NCBI GenBank assembly: GCA_965224245.1
Contig: OZ245046.1
Location: 6,080,001 to 6,144,000, forward strand
DNA: 64,000 nt
Origin: Candidatus Eiseniibacteriota bacterium
Lineage (GTDB): Bacteria > Eisenbacteria > RBG-16-71-46 > CAZAMP01
Direction: 5' to 3'
The number at the start of each line of letters is the position of its first letter. Within the stretch, counting starts at the first letter, position 1. This document shows positions 40,859 to 50,757 of this stretch, piece after piece. Position numbers and translations under genes: made by a program. The notes beneath the pieces were generated by a model. That model ran no database searches and was not told the origin of the DNA. It saw only the letters and a program-made list of their open reading frames with translations.

Positions 40859-42270
40859 GTAAGCGGTCAGCCTAGGACGTCGGTCCACCCGGTCGGTCCA
40901 GCATGGACTGCAGCGGCTCCTCGGCGAAACGCGTCTTCCACTCACGCGGCGTGAGTTCATGGACGTTCTTCGCGGGATGGATCGCCACGCGCTGCAGCAC
41001 GTCGACGAGGTAGGCGAACGGATCGACGCCGTGAAGTCGGCACGTGACGATGAGGCTCTGCACCCACCCCAACGCCTCGGCACCCACTTCGGTCGTACAG
41101 AACAACCAGTTCTTGCGCCCGAGCGCCACCGGGCGGATCGTGCGCTCCAGGTGGTTCGTGTCCGGCGCGACGGCCGGATCGTCGAGGAACACCCGTAGCG
41201 CTCTCTCACGATCGAGCGCGTAGCGTGCCGCTTTGGTGAACGGACTGGTCGGCAAGAGGACGTGCTCATCCATCGCGGCCTCCAGCGCCGCGAAGAACGC
41301 GTCGACGATCGGGCGGCTGTGCTCGCGCCGATGCGCGAGGATCGCGTCGGGACCATCGAGCTCCGCGGCGCTCGCCTCTTGCTCATAGAGCGCACCGATG
41401 CGATCCAGCGCGTCACCTGCCAGCGAGGGTTCCACGTCCTCGCCGTCCACGAACCCGCGACGCACGTGGGCCCAGCACTGCGCATGCACCACCCCGGCAC
41501 GACGCGCCGCGTACTTCTCGTAGGCCTCGTACCCGTCGCTCAGAAGCGTGCCCGAGTAGTCGGCCAGGACCTCCTGGACCACCGCATGCGCCCGCGTCGG
41601 CGAGAACACGAACGCCACCTCGTCACGATCCCCGTACACCGGCCAGAAGTACCCGGTCTTCATCGTCCCCCGGTTCGGCGGCTTGCCCTTCTTGCGGCCC
41701 GCCTTGATCGGCGTCTCGTCCATCGCGATCACCTTGCTCGCGAGGATCGACTCCACCTGGGCCGCGAAGATCGGCCCCAGAAGGTCAGCCGCTCGATGGA
41801 AGTACGTCGTCAGCGTCGAGCGGCCGATCCGTACGCCGCTGGCCGCCAGACGCTGGTGCTGGCGATACAGCGGCAGGTGGTACGCCAGCTTGTCGATCAG
41901 CATCCCGGCCAGGAAGCTCACGTCGGCCACGCTCTTCTCCAACACGGTGATCGGCGCTGGCGGGCAGGAGAACGTCTCGTCGGTCTTGTGCTTGAACACC
42001 GGACGCACGATCCGAAGCACCACGTACGCGGCGGGGCGCTGGGCCAGCCGCTCGGTGACCTTCTCGCCGATCTTCTCGTACTGGTCCATCTCATCGGCCG
42101 GGATCTCGAGATTCGGGATCACGACCGTCTCCACCGGCACCGACTCGTCGAACCGGACTCCGGAGCTCGTGTCGCGTGGGGGGCGTCGACGCCGGGTGTG
42201 AGCACCGACCACCGTCGTTGCGTCCGCGGGCTCGGACGGCGCGTCGATCTCGCCGGGGGAGCAGAGGCCA
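40859..42270 (-). mobile_element. Truncated IS66-family element (partial tnpC)
   Basis: Terminal GTAAGCGG at 40859; HLPLYRQ, DETP, SDGY, CWAHVRR, NHLERTIRPVALGRKNWLF; 5' part and tnpA/B missing. Confidence 0.88.
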
Positions 42271-42344
42271 CGTTACGTGGGATGAACTCACACAGTCCTG
42301 GAACGGCTTCTAGGACCGTTTGGTCCCCCAAAAAACTTTGCCGT

Positions 42345-42373
42345 TCCTTCCCCGTGTGCGCGGGGATGGACCG
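42345..42373 (+). CRISPR. Solitary type I-E-like CRISPR repeat (no array; no cas in window)
   Basis: TCCTTCCCCGTGTGCGCGGGGATGGACCG: 29 nt, CCCCG..CGGGG hairpin, ATGGACCG 3' end as in I-E repeats; partial CGGTTCC 34 nt downstream. Confidence 0.65.
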
Positions 42374-42809
42374 GCAGCGGGATCGCAGTTTCCGCCCGGC
42401 GATTACGCGGTTCCGTTCCAGATGCTGAGCTGCGTCGTGGTCGAGCCCGGCGACGGGTCGCTCCAGCCGGAAGCAGGGGAGTTCGAGTTGCGTTCTGGGG
42501 TCCCGGGCGGGACGCTTACGCGAACCCGAGTGCAGGCTGGAGCGACCCGTCGACGAGCGGGATTCTCACTCGCTGGACGTCGACGCCCTTGCACGGCGCA
42601 CCCAGTTCCCGACCCTACCGGGTTCCATGAACGGACGTGTGCGGCATGCCACCGCAGTGCAGCTCTCCCCTACAGCTTCGTGCCTACGGCGCCCATCGTG
42701 TGCGCGGCGAGGGGATTCTATGGAAAGGCACACAGGCAACGCGCTATACTCACGCTGCGAGCAGTCTATTGGGGTGTTTACGGAGCCTGCTACGAAGGGA
42801 CCGACAACC

Positions 42810-44987
42810 ATGCGTGTTCATGTCGCCTCAGTGCTTCTCTTGGTGCTTGGTGCAACATCGAACGTTGAAGCCGAGGAGAGCTATCGTCCAGATCAGGCGA
42901 TCGTCCGGTTTCAGCCCGGGCTCGTGGAGTTTCCTGAGCACTTGGGCCGAGAGGTTTCACTCGAACAGATCGCGTTCGGTTCGGAATCCACGCGGACGCT
43001 TCTACGGGGACTAAGTGTTGTCAGCTTCCGAACGATCGCGCCGGAATGGCGCCACCTACCACTCCCGCCTCACGTCGACATCCACGGAAACGAACTCGCG
43101 AAGCCCCTCATCGACTTTACGGACGTGTACCTACTGACGCTCGCTACATCGGATGCGGCAGCCGTTGTGGGGACGCTTGGTCGAATGGAGCAAACCGTCG
43201 TCTATGCTCAAACAAACGACCGTGTTCGTGGAACCGCCGACGGAGACTGTGACCCTGACTCGGTCATTGTGAACGATGAGTTCTTCCCGGAGACATCCAC
43301 CTTTCCTGGGCAATTCTGCTTCAACAACACCGGGGTGTATCAGGTCGGCGCAGATACTGCCCTTGTTGACATCGACATCAACCTTCGCGAGGGATGGGAC
43401 GTTTGGTCCGACGTGACCGTGAAGGTCGGAATCGTGGATGTTGAGTTCGACAAAGATCACGATGACTTGGCCGGTGTCTTCGACCCGAATCTGTCGGCCT
43501 GTTTTCCCGCGGACCCCCTGTCCACGTGTGATTGGTTCGGTACTGCCGGCCAAGACCACGGCACGTCCTGCGCGGGTTTTCTCGCAGCACGGGCTAACAA
43601 CGACTGCGATGTCAACGGTGAAGAGTGCCTAGGCGTTGTAGGAGTACTTGGCAATGCGCCAAGCATTAGCTCGACGCCTCCCGTGGTGGCACTCCGCGTT
43701 GAGGCCACGGCTGGAGCGACCTACGTTGATGGGCTTTGCGATGCGTTCGAGTACGCGCATACTGCCTCGCTGCCGATTGTATCTTCAAGCAGAGTTTCTA
43801 GCTCTGGCGGTGGAGCATCGTTCTGCCTTGCCGAAGCGGTGAGCAATCTTGCGCAGAGCGGCATCCTCCTCGTGAACAGCTCCAGCAATCAAGCGGACGA
43901 CTTCCCTACACTCCCAGTGCGGTGGGATTCTCTCACTCTTGGCGTAGGCGCTGTGACGATCGAAGGCCAGGCGCCTGTGGGGTATCACAGAGGACCCTGG
44001 ATCGACGTCGTGGCTCCCGGTGGTACAGGTCCTGCGCCGCACACGACAGCTCGCGGCAATAACTACACAGCGTTCGGTGGGACGTCGGCTTCTGCTCCTC
44101 AGGTTGCTGGCGTGGCGGCGCTGATCGCGTCGCATACAACGCATGCCGAGCGAGAGGACTTGGTGAGCATCATCGCTCGACGCGCGGTCCTCCTTCCCGG
44201 ACAGATGGAGCCTGACTCAACGTTCGGCAGCGGGCTGGTGAAACTGGACAGATCACTATGCTGGGTAGAGGATAGGGACCTAGTGCACGGCACGAAATCA
44301 CAGACACCGACTCCGACCGAACACGCCGTGGAGCAGAGGAGTTTTCGCCACTGCGAGGACTTCCAGCCAGGTTCTTCCTCGGAAACACTGTACACGAAGG
44401 TGTGGGAGTACGAGGTCAGCGTCACGTTTCCTCCACACTCTGGGATCCTTGATTCGACGCATGTGTGGGCCCGCGACCACCTCTCTCCCGGTTGGCGAGA
44501 TACGTCGGACGTGAATGGCATCGAGGACATGACCTGGGCCGGTGTTCGCAACGTTACGAGCTCCGGCTGCGACCTGTACTCATACTTCTACGAGGTATAC
44601 AACGACGCTCTCTTGACGGACTTTCGTGGTTGGCATCCGTACGATCCGACCGGCGTTCAGCCGTCGCCAATGCAGTGGCGTTACTCGGCCATGCTGGAGC
44701 CGTCGAGTTCTAGGGCGAGTGAGTCGTCATCGGCTGATCTCGACATGGATCGTTCGGTCGACGCGACGCAGTTTGTCGTCCCCGTTTCCATAGAGGGAGC
44801 CGTACAGGTTGAGGCGTTCGATGTCCGCGGTAGATCCGTGAAGTCGTGGGACACTCTTCCGGTTCAGCCGGGCATGACCGTCATCGAGTGGGACATGGAG
44901 CTGCGAAGCGCCTCCGCGGGGGTCTACTTCCTTCGAGCGACGACCCCGAGTGGAAGACGAATCGTTGGGAAGGTCGTGCACAGATGA
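42810..44987 (+). CDS. Secreted S8 subtilisin-like peptidase with CTD
   Basis: VGIVD, DHGTSCAG, DVVAPG, GGTSASAPQVAG, FGSGLV; FDVRGR...GVYFLR tail. Confidence 0.9.
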   Translation: MRVHVASVLLLVLGATSNVEAEESYRPDQAIVRFQPGLVEFPEHLGREVSLEQIAFGSESTRTLLRGLSVVSFRTIAPEWRHLPLPPHVDIHGNELAKPLIDFTDVYLLTLATSDAAAVVGTLGRMEQTVVYAQTNDRVRGTADGDCDPDSVIVNDEFFPETSTFPGQFCFNNTGVYQVGADTALVDIDINLREGWDVWSDVTVKVGIVDVEFDKDHDDLAGVFDPNLSACFPADPLSTCDWFGTAGQDHGTSCAGFLAARANNDCDVNGEECLGVVGVLGNAPSISSTPPVVALRVEATAGATYVDGLCDAFEYAHTASLPIVSSSRVSSSGGGASFCLAEAVSNLAQSGILLVNSSSNQADDFPTLPVRWDSLTLGVGAVTIEGQAPVGYHRGPWIDVVAPGGTGPAPHTTARGNNYTAFGGTSASAPQVAGVAALIASHTTHAEREDLVSIIARRAVLLPGQMEPDSTFGSGLVKLDRSLCWVEDRDLVHGTKSQTPTPTEHAVEQRSFRHCEDFQPGSSSETLYTKVWEYEVSVTFPPHSGILDSTHVWARDHLSPGWRDTSDVNGIEDMTWAGVRNVTSSGCDLYSYFYEVYNDALLTDFRGWHPYDPTGVQPSPMQWRYSAMLEPSSSRASESSSADLDMDRSVDATQFVVPVSIEGAVQVEAFDVRGRSVKSWDTLPVQPGMTVIEWDMELRSASAGVYFLRATTPSGRRIVGKVVHR

Positions 44988-46585
44988 AACGAAACGCTAG
45001 TGTTGCTCTGGTTGAGCGGTTCTTCCTCACCGTCCTCGTTGTCGCCCCGAGCGCGTCGTCGTTCCCGGTGTTGGATCAAGCCAAGATTAGCCAGACCGAA
45101 GGCGGGTTCTCTGGACAGATGCTCTTCTCCGGCTTCGGTTTCTCCGCCACTTCGGTCGGGGACCTGGATGGGGATGGGCGAGACGAGCTCGCGGTGGGGT
45201 CTCCTTGGCTCTTCGATGACGCAGAGGATTTCGAGACTGGCGGCGTGTGGATCTTGTTCCCTGCCACGTTTGATTCGTTGGCTAGCGAACAGCGGATTCA
45301 GTCGAACGTCGGCGGTTTCTCGGGCTTGCTGGATCAGGACGACTTCTTCGGCGCGAGTGTCGCCGCGCTTGGTGACCTCGACGGAGACCTCGTTCCGGAC
45401 ATCGCCGTTGGGTCCGCTTTTGACGACGACGGAGGTACCGACCGCGGAGCCGTCTGGATACTCTTCATGAACAGCGACGGAACGGTCCGAGATCACACGA
45501 AGATCAGTCAGACTTCGGGTGGCTTTGGGGGAACGCTGTCGGATGACGACTGGTTCGGTCGCTCGATATCTGTGATCGGAGATCTCGATGGGGATCTCGT
45601 GGTCGACATCGCGGTGGGACACGATCGCGCGGACGACAACGGGTTCGTCAATTGCGGAGCCGTCTGGATACTCTTCATGAACACCGACGGCAGCGTTCGA
45701 GATGAGGCTCGAATCACGAGTTCTGAGGGCTGGCCGGGCAACGACCTCGGAAGCAATAACTACTTCGGTCGGTCCGTGTCGTGGTTGGGAGACCTCGACG
45801 GAAACGGCATCACAGAGATCGCGGTAGGCGAACCGCGCGACAGCGACGGTAACGGTACACCAGGGGCCGTTTGGGTGCTCAGCGTTGGGCCAGGGGGAAG
45901 CGTCGTTGGCCAACAAAAGATCAGCACACTCGAGGGTGGCTTTCTCGGTGAGATCGAAGACAGCGATCAGTTCGGAGAGAGCTGCGTTGCCCTTCCTGAC
46001 TTGGATGGAGACGGAGTGCCCGAACTCGTCGTCGGCGCGGATGGAGATGACGATGGCGCGCCGCAGGCCGGTGCCGCTTGGCTCTTGTACCTGGACTCGG
46101 ACGGACGGGCCAAGGACTACAGGAAGATCAGCGCACTCGAGGGTGGCTTCACCGGTCAGCTGGATGAGACCGACTGGTTCGGCACCGGGCTTGCCTCACT
46201 CGGCGATGTCTCGGGTGACGGGATCCCGGATCTTGCGGTCGGCGCGCCGGGTGACGATGACGGTGGCGGGGCCTCCGGCGCACTTTGGCTGCTAGCGCTC
46301 GCCGACGACACCGTTGCTACCCCTCCGAGCAACGATGATCCACAGGCGCTCTCGGGAGTCCGCCCGCTACCTGCGGACCGGTTTGTCGTGATACAGCACG
46401 CCCGCACCGCGGAGGAGATCGTGGTTCACGACGCAGCGGGCCGCTTCGTCGTTCGGCTGCCGGTTTCTCGTGGTGCCTCGGCGTCACGATGGGATCTTCG
46501 CGATCTCAGGGGCCGGAGAGTGTCCAGTGGTGTGTACTTCGCTTCCCCATCGGGTTCGTCGGCGCTTCGCATGATCGTTCGGTGA
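44984..46585 (+). CDS. Secreted integrin-alpha/FG-GAP beta-propeller protein with CTD
   Basis: Repeats FG.SV..LGDLDGD...DIAVG...DDDG....GAVWILF; HDAAGR...GVYF tail. Confidence 0.88.
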   Translation: MKRNASVALVERFFLTVLVVAPSASSFPVLDQAKISQTEGGFSGQMLFSGFGFSATSVGDLDGDGRDELAVGSPWLFDDAEDFETGGVWILFPATFDSLASEQRIQSNVGGFSGLLDQDDFFGASVAALGDLDGDLVPDIAVGSAFDDDGGTDRGAVWILFMNSDGTVRDHTKISQTSGGFGGTLSDDDWFGRSISVIGDLDGDLVVDIAVGHDRADDNGFVNCGAVWILFMNTDGSVRDEARITSSEGWPGNDLGSNNYFGRSVSWLGDLDGNGITEIAVGEPRDSDGNGTPGAVWVLSVGPGGSVVGQQKISTLEGGFLGEIEDSDQFGESCVALPDLDGDGVPELVVGADGDDDGAPQAGAAWLLYLDSDGRAKDYRKISALEGGFTGQLDETDWFGTGLASLGDVSGDGIPDLAVGAPGDDDGGGASGALWLLALADDTVATPPSNDDPQALSGVRPLPADRFVVIQHARTAEEIVVHDAAGRFVVRLPVSRGASASRWDLRDLRGRRVSSGVYFASPSGSSALRMIVR

Positions 46586-46897
46586 CGTGCACACCGGGGC
46601 CGCGAAGGACGGGCGTGGTCCTCCGCCGTTCTTCACTGGGTTCGACCGTTGACCACGAAAACGGCTGGAGTTCGATGAGAACGGCGACCCCGCGTCGGGG
46701 TGGCCGGCAAATGGCGTTGGGCTCTCACCCGTTACCGACCACCACCGGAGTCATCGTGGTCTGGGAAACGCGAAGTCACGCCCGTTAGCGTCCGAGAATC
46801 GTGCGCCGCGAAAAGACATCGACGTCCAGCGGGTGCAAGACCTGCCGGCGACGGGTGGCTCCAGACGCAGTTCGAGGTTCGAAACGAATTGTGGTAC

Positions 46898-47073
46898 CCC
46901 ACGTCGGACGCTCTGCAGAACTGAGAATCAAGCGGGTCGCGAGGAGTGCGAAGCGACGCATCTCGCAACTCGCATTGGAGAAAGCGCTTACCCGAGTTCG
47001 CGAGGCGTCCGAACCGGACACCAAGTAGGACGCAAAACGTAACAGAGAAAGTTAGCGGAGCGTCCTACGTGGG
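46898..47073. promoter_or_regulatory. Right-end cluster of GCGTCC(G/T)ACGTGGG boxes (putative recombinase/accessory sites)
   Basis: Copies at 46898-46911 (-), 47021-47033 (-), 47060-47073 (+); also 16315-16328 and 47248-47261. Confidence 0.6.
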
Positions 47074-47110
47074 GAGCCACGCTCTGGGGGCGTCTACGGG
47101 CGCCCCTTCT
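47071..47110 (+). repeat. attR of element 1 / left att of element 2
   Basis: 40-bp identity to 16138-16177, followed by >200 bp homologous to 16178-16400. Confidence 0.92.
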
Positions 47111-47344
47111 TGTTGACTCTTCCTCACGCCTCTCTCGCCACCCCGAGGCCGTATATCGCGTTGGGGTGCAACGTTCTCCAGCGATATCCAGGCGTCGGAG
47201 TCTCAGCACCCTCGCGCGCTTCTATCCCCTCGCCGGGGGTTCGCCGGGCGTCCGACGTGGGCGGCAATTCTCAGCATCTGCGTAACCGTTCGGGCATCCC
47301 ATCCGGGTGATCAGCCCGTGTCCCGGCGCGCTGTCGGGTGAGGC

Positions 47345-48958
47345 CTACCTGGGGTCTGCTTCGTAGCAGGGAACGTGGTTCTCGGGCAGCAGCTCGTCGA
47401 TCTTGGCGTCGGGCCACCCATCGGCGATGCGCTCGAGAACGCGGATGAGATACGCGTAGACGTCGATCTTCGCCAGCGCGGCGGTGCGCACGACGGAGTA
47501 GAGGATCGCCGCGCGCTGGGCGGCCCGGTCGGATCCCGCGAACAGGTAGTTCTTCCGACCGACGGCGACCGCTCTCAACTGCCGCTCGCACAGGTTGTTG
47601 TCCAACGGCAGATGTCCGTCGTCGAGGAAGCACCAGAGCGCGTCGTGTTGATTCACGACGTACCCGCACGCCTTCGACAGCGCGCTCTCGGGCGGCTCGG
47701 ACTCTTCGGTTCGCACGATCCATCGATCGAGCCGATCCAGGATCGCTCGGCTGCGCTCGGTGCGGAGCTCCTGGCGTTCGGGGGGATCGAGCCCACGCCG
47801 ATCGGCCAGCGTCTCCACTCGATACAGCTGCGCGATCAGCTTCAGCGGATACGCCACGCGAGAGTCCGTGTCGCGCAACGCCTCGAAGCCCCGCCTGGCA
47901 TGCGCCCAGCAGCCGACCTCGATCGCGCTGGCCACCTCGCCGTTGTACACCCGATCGTAGACCGTCGCCGCGTCCGCCTGGTGATAGCCCTCGCGGCCCG
48001 CCAGGAAGCGCCACGGGCCGTCCTCGCCCGTGCCGGTCTTCGCGTAGTGGAACGCCGCGTACGTCCCATCCCCGATGGCGCACCACATCGTGCCCATCCG
48101 CACCCCGTTCGGGTCGTCACGATCGAGCACCCGCAGCCCGGTCGCGTCGCTCTGCAGCGTGTGCGCGTGGAACGCCTTCTCCCAGATCCGCTCGGCGATG
48201 GGCCGTAGCTCCTCGGCCACGCGCGCCGTCCAGTCGCAGAGCGTGGAGCGCGCGATCGCGACCCCGCCGCGGGCGTAGATCTCGCTCAGCCGCGCCAGCG
48301 GGATGTGGTCCTGGTACTTCGCTTGAACGACGTGCGCCAAGAGGCTCGGCGCCGCACGACCCTTGTCGATGAACTTGGCGGGCCCCGGCGCGGTGACCAC
48401 CGCGTCCTTGCACGTCGAACACGCGTACTTCGTGCGACGGTGCTCCTCGACCTCGAACCGGGCGGGGACCAGGCGCAGGATCTCGCTCACGTCCTCGCCG
48501 ATCGCCTTCATCGGAACGCCACACGTGCCGCAAGGCAGATCCTGCTCCGGCAGCGTGTGGGTCACGATCTCGCGTGGGAGTGTCTCGGGGAGCCGTTGCC
48601 GGCGGGGCCGCCGCGTCGGCGGACTCGGCAACGCCGCTTCGGCCGCCGCGATCTCCTCCGTCAGCTGCGCATCGTCGGTCTCGGTGTCGTCGAGATCGTT
48701 CTCGGGATCGACGTTGTTCTCGGGCATCTTGGCCAACATCAACAACAGCTGAGCCGGGTCCACCTTCTCGCTCCGGATCCCCGCGCGCTTGCGACGCTCG
48801 GCGAACAGCGCCAGCTCGAGATGGAGGTTCCGGTGCAGGAGCAGGCGCATGCGCTCGAACGCCTTCTCGATCGCGTCATCGGTACGGCCGTTGGCGGCCA
48901 GCGTCTGGAGCTCGGAGCGGAAGCGCTCGAGTTCACGAGTGAGTTGCGCGAAGGTCAT
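47345..48958 (-). CDS. tnpC: IS66 transposase
   Basis: RSEK, C..C zinc finger, KYQDHIPL.R, SDAT, CWAHARR, DNNLCERQLR..AVGRKNYLF. Confidence 0.95.
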   Translation of the reverse strand: MTFAQLTRELERFRSELQTLAANGRTDDAIEKAFERMRLLLHRNLHLELALFAERRKRAGIRSEKVDPAQLLLMLAKMPENNVDPENDLDDTETDDAQLTEEIAAAEAALPSPPTRRPRRQRLPETLPREIVTHTLPEQDLPCGTCGVPMKAIGEDVSEILRLVPARFEVEEHRRTKYACSTCKDAVVTAPGPAKFIDKGRAAPSLLAHVVQAKYQDHIPLARLSEIYARGGVAIARSTLCDWTARVAEELRPIAERIWEKAFHAHTLQSDATGLRVLDRDDPNGVRMGTMWCAIGDGTYAAFHYAKTGTGEDGPWRFLAGREGYHQADAATVYDRVYNGEVASAIEVGCWAHARRGFEALRDTDSRVAYPLKLIAQLYRVETLADRRGLDPPERQELRTERSRAILDRLDRWIVRTEESEPPESALSKACGYVVNQHDALWCFLDDGHLPLDNNLCERQLRAVAVGRKNYLFAGSDRAAQRAAILYSVVRTAALAKIDVYAYLIRVLERIADGWPDAKIDELLPENHVPCYEADPR

Positions 48959-48970
48959 GCACTCTTTGAA

Positions 48971-49351
48971 TCACATCGTCGCGCGCCAGGCAAGTCCCTT
49001 CTTCGGCGACCAGCGACTCCGGCGCTGGGAGCCGCGAAGATCGATCCCATCCAGGAGCAACGTCAGCTCCGACGACTCGATCTCGACGTGCGAGGACCCG
49101 ACCTCGGGGTGGCGCGGGAGCGTGAAGCGGCCGCGTTCGAGGCGCTTGTAGACGAGGAGATAGCCCGAGGGCTGCCAGACGAGGATCTTCATCCGGTTCG
49201 CGCGCCGGTTGATGAACACGAACAGGTGTCCCGAGAGGGGATCGGCGGAGATGATCTCGCGCGTGGCCGCCGAGAGCCCGTCGAAGCCCTTGCGGAGATC
49301 GACGGGCTCAGCGGCGATGTAGATGCGCACGGTGTGCGGCAGGGTCAGCAC
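48971..49351 (-). CDS. tnpB: IS66 accessory protein
   Basis: PVDLRKGFDGL, LFVFINRR, KRLERGRF, LLLDGID. Confidence 0.95.
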   Translation of the reverse strand: MLTLPHTVRIYIAAEPVDLRKGFDGLSAATREIISADPLSGHLFVFINRRANRMKILVWQPSGYLLVYKRLERGRFTLPRHPEVGSSHVEIESSELTLLLDGIDLRGSQRRSRWSPKKGLAWRATM

Positions 49352-49701
49352 GGATCGAGCGCCTCGATGAGCTCGTGTAGCAGCGTGCGATCGAAGCCGC
49401 GGCGGACGACGATCCGGTGGCGCTGCCCGACGATGAGCTCGATACCGGCGTCGGAGTCGGCCACGTCGGCGTCAGCCGTCTCCACGATCTCGACCGGGTG
49501 GAAGCGGGGGCTGCCGTCGGCCTCGAGCTTGGACTTCCAGCGGCGCAGTCGCGACACACTGAGGCCACACTGTCGCGCAAAGGCGTTCAGTGTGAGCCCA
49601 CTCTGGCTCCAGATGGCAAGTGCGCGTTCCGCGTCCGACTCCCGCCAGTAGCGGTTGTCGGAGATCGGGGCGAGCGCGGTCGTGATCGACTTCGAGAGCA
49701 T
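49345..49701 (-). CDS. tnpA: IS66 TnpA HTH protein
   Basis: SGLT..AFARQCGLS...L.RWK; position in IS66. Confidence 0.85.
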   Translation of the reverse strand: MLSKSITTALAPISDNRYWRESDAERALAIWSQSGLTLNAFARQCGLSVSRLRRWKSKLEADGSPRFHPVEIVETADADVADSDAGIELIVGQRHRIVVRRGFDRTLLHELIEALDPC

Positions 49702-50129
49702 GCGGCACCTCCTCGGGTGCGCACGTTCTCAGGACCGGCCGATGGGCTCAACATGGGTTCACCGAACGGATACGCATCTGCGAACCGGCAGCCCCGTTGT
49801 TGACACCGCCGCCGTAACCCGTTGGTACGCCTTGAGCCGATTGCGGCTTTCCGCGACTCGCACGGAACGTGTTGAAGACGCGATCGAGGTGCCACGCGCT
49901 CCGGATTGAGCATCACCGGTCACGTGTGGCTATGTGCACGCATTTTGGAGAGGGACAGGGACGATCACGATTCGTTGTGGCCGTTTTCGCGGCCGATCTG
50001 CGCGTACTGGATGTTCGGCACTTCGGGCCGCGCACTTTCGCCGCACGCGGAGTGCCGCGCGTTCCCTCACCAGTTTGGCCCAGGGGCGGTATCGCGCGTC
50101 CTCGTCGGCCGCGCTGTTCCCGGGAGGTG

Positions 50130-50636
50130 CCCGTGCGACCTCGGTCGACGATCGTGAAGTTCGTCCTCGCTCAGCTGGGCACAGGGCTGCTCGGGTCGCC
50201 ACAGCCGTCCTCGGCCACTGCGCCCCCGGCTCGATCCGCAGACGGCGTTGCCATCCGAGCGCTGCCTGGCGACACCGTGGATCTCAACGGTTCCGCGGAG
50301 CTCACCGTCACCGACGTCGGAGCGATCGGATACTCCGATCCTGACGGCACGGAGCGCGGACTCGGTTTCCGTCTGGCCGGAGGGATGCGCGCCCTTTATC
50401 ACGCCGGAGTGGTTCTCGGCGTTTCACCGGGGCAGGTGTCCGACGCCGCCTACGGATCCGACGACAAACGGGGCCACGATTCCCTTCGACTTTGCCGGGA
50501 CGTCACCACTGCGGTGGGAGATGAACGGGGCGGTGATCCGGTCTACATACGACGACTCCCCGTCCCCGGCTCCTCTCGGCGTCTCGATTCGCCAGGACGT
50601 GAGCCTGATCCCAGGAGCGGCCGTCGCCGCTCCTGA
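50130..50636 (+). pseudogene. Fragment of a secreted protein gene, frameshifted/truncated
   Basis: LTVTDVGAIGY...GLGF...ALYHAGVVLG...VSDAAYG, continuing in another frame. Confidence 0.45.
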
Positions 50637-50757
50637 GAAGAGATCAGAATGTGCCTTGACTAGGGTCGTTCCATATCAGAACCGGACTCCGACGCGGAGG
50701 TCTCCGGGACCTGCTGAACGTGCATGAAATCCACGCCTTACGAAACGGGAGGAACTC

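Larger units (their letters stand above)
16138..47110. mobile_element. ~31-kb integrative phage-related element at tRNA-Asn (element 1)
   Basis: Flanking 40-bp direct repeats; recombinases, replication module, methylase, ParB, terminases and cargo between them. Confidence 0.88.
47282..49773 (-). mobile_element. Complete IS66-family element
   Basis: IRs GTAACCGTTCGG / CCGAACGGATAC; 8-bp TSD GCATCTGC at 47274-47281 and 49774-49781; tnpA-tnpB-tnpC. Confidence 0.95.

Noticed and set aside
47060-47080. Second tRNA gene
   Set aside because: Only the 3' end (TCCTAC..GGGGAGCCA) is present; it is the att duplication
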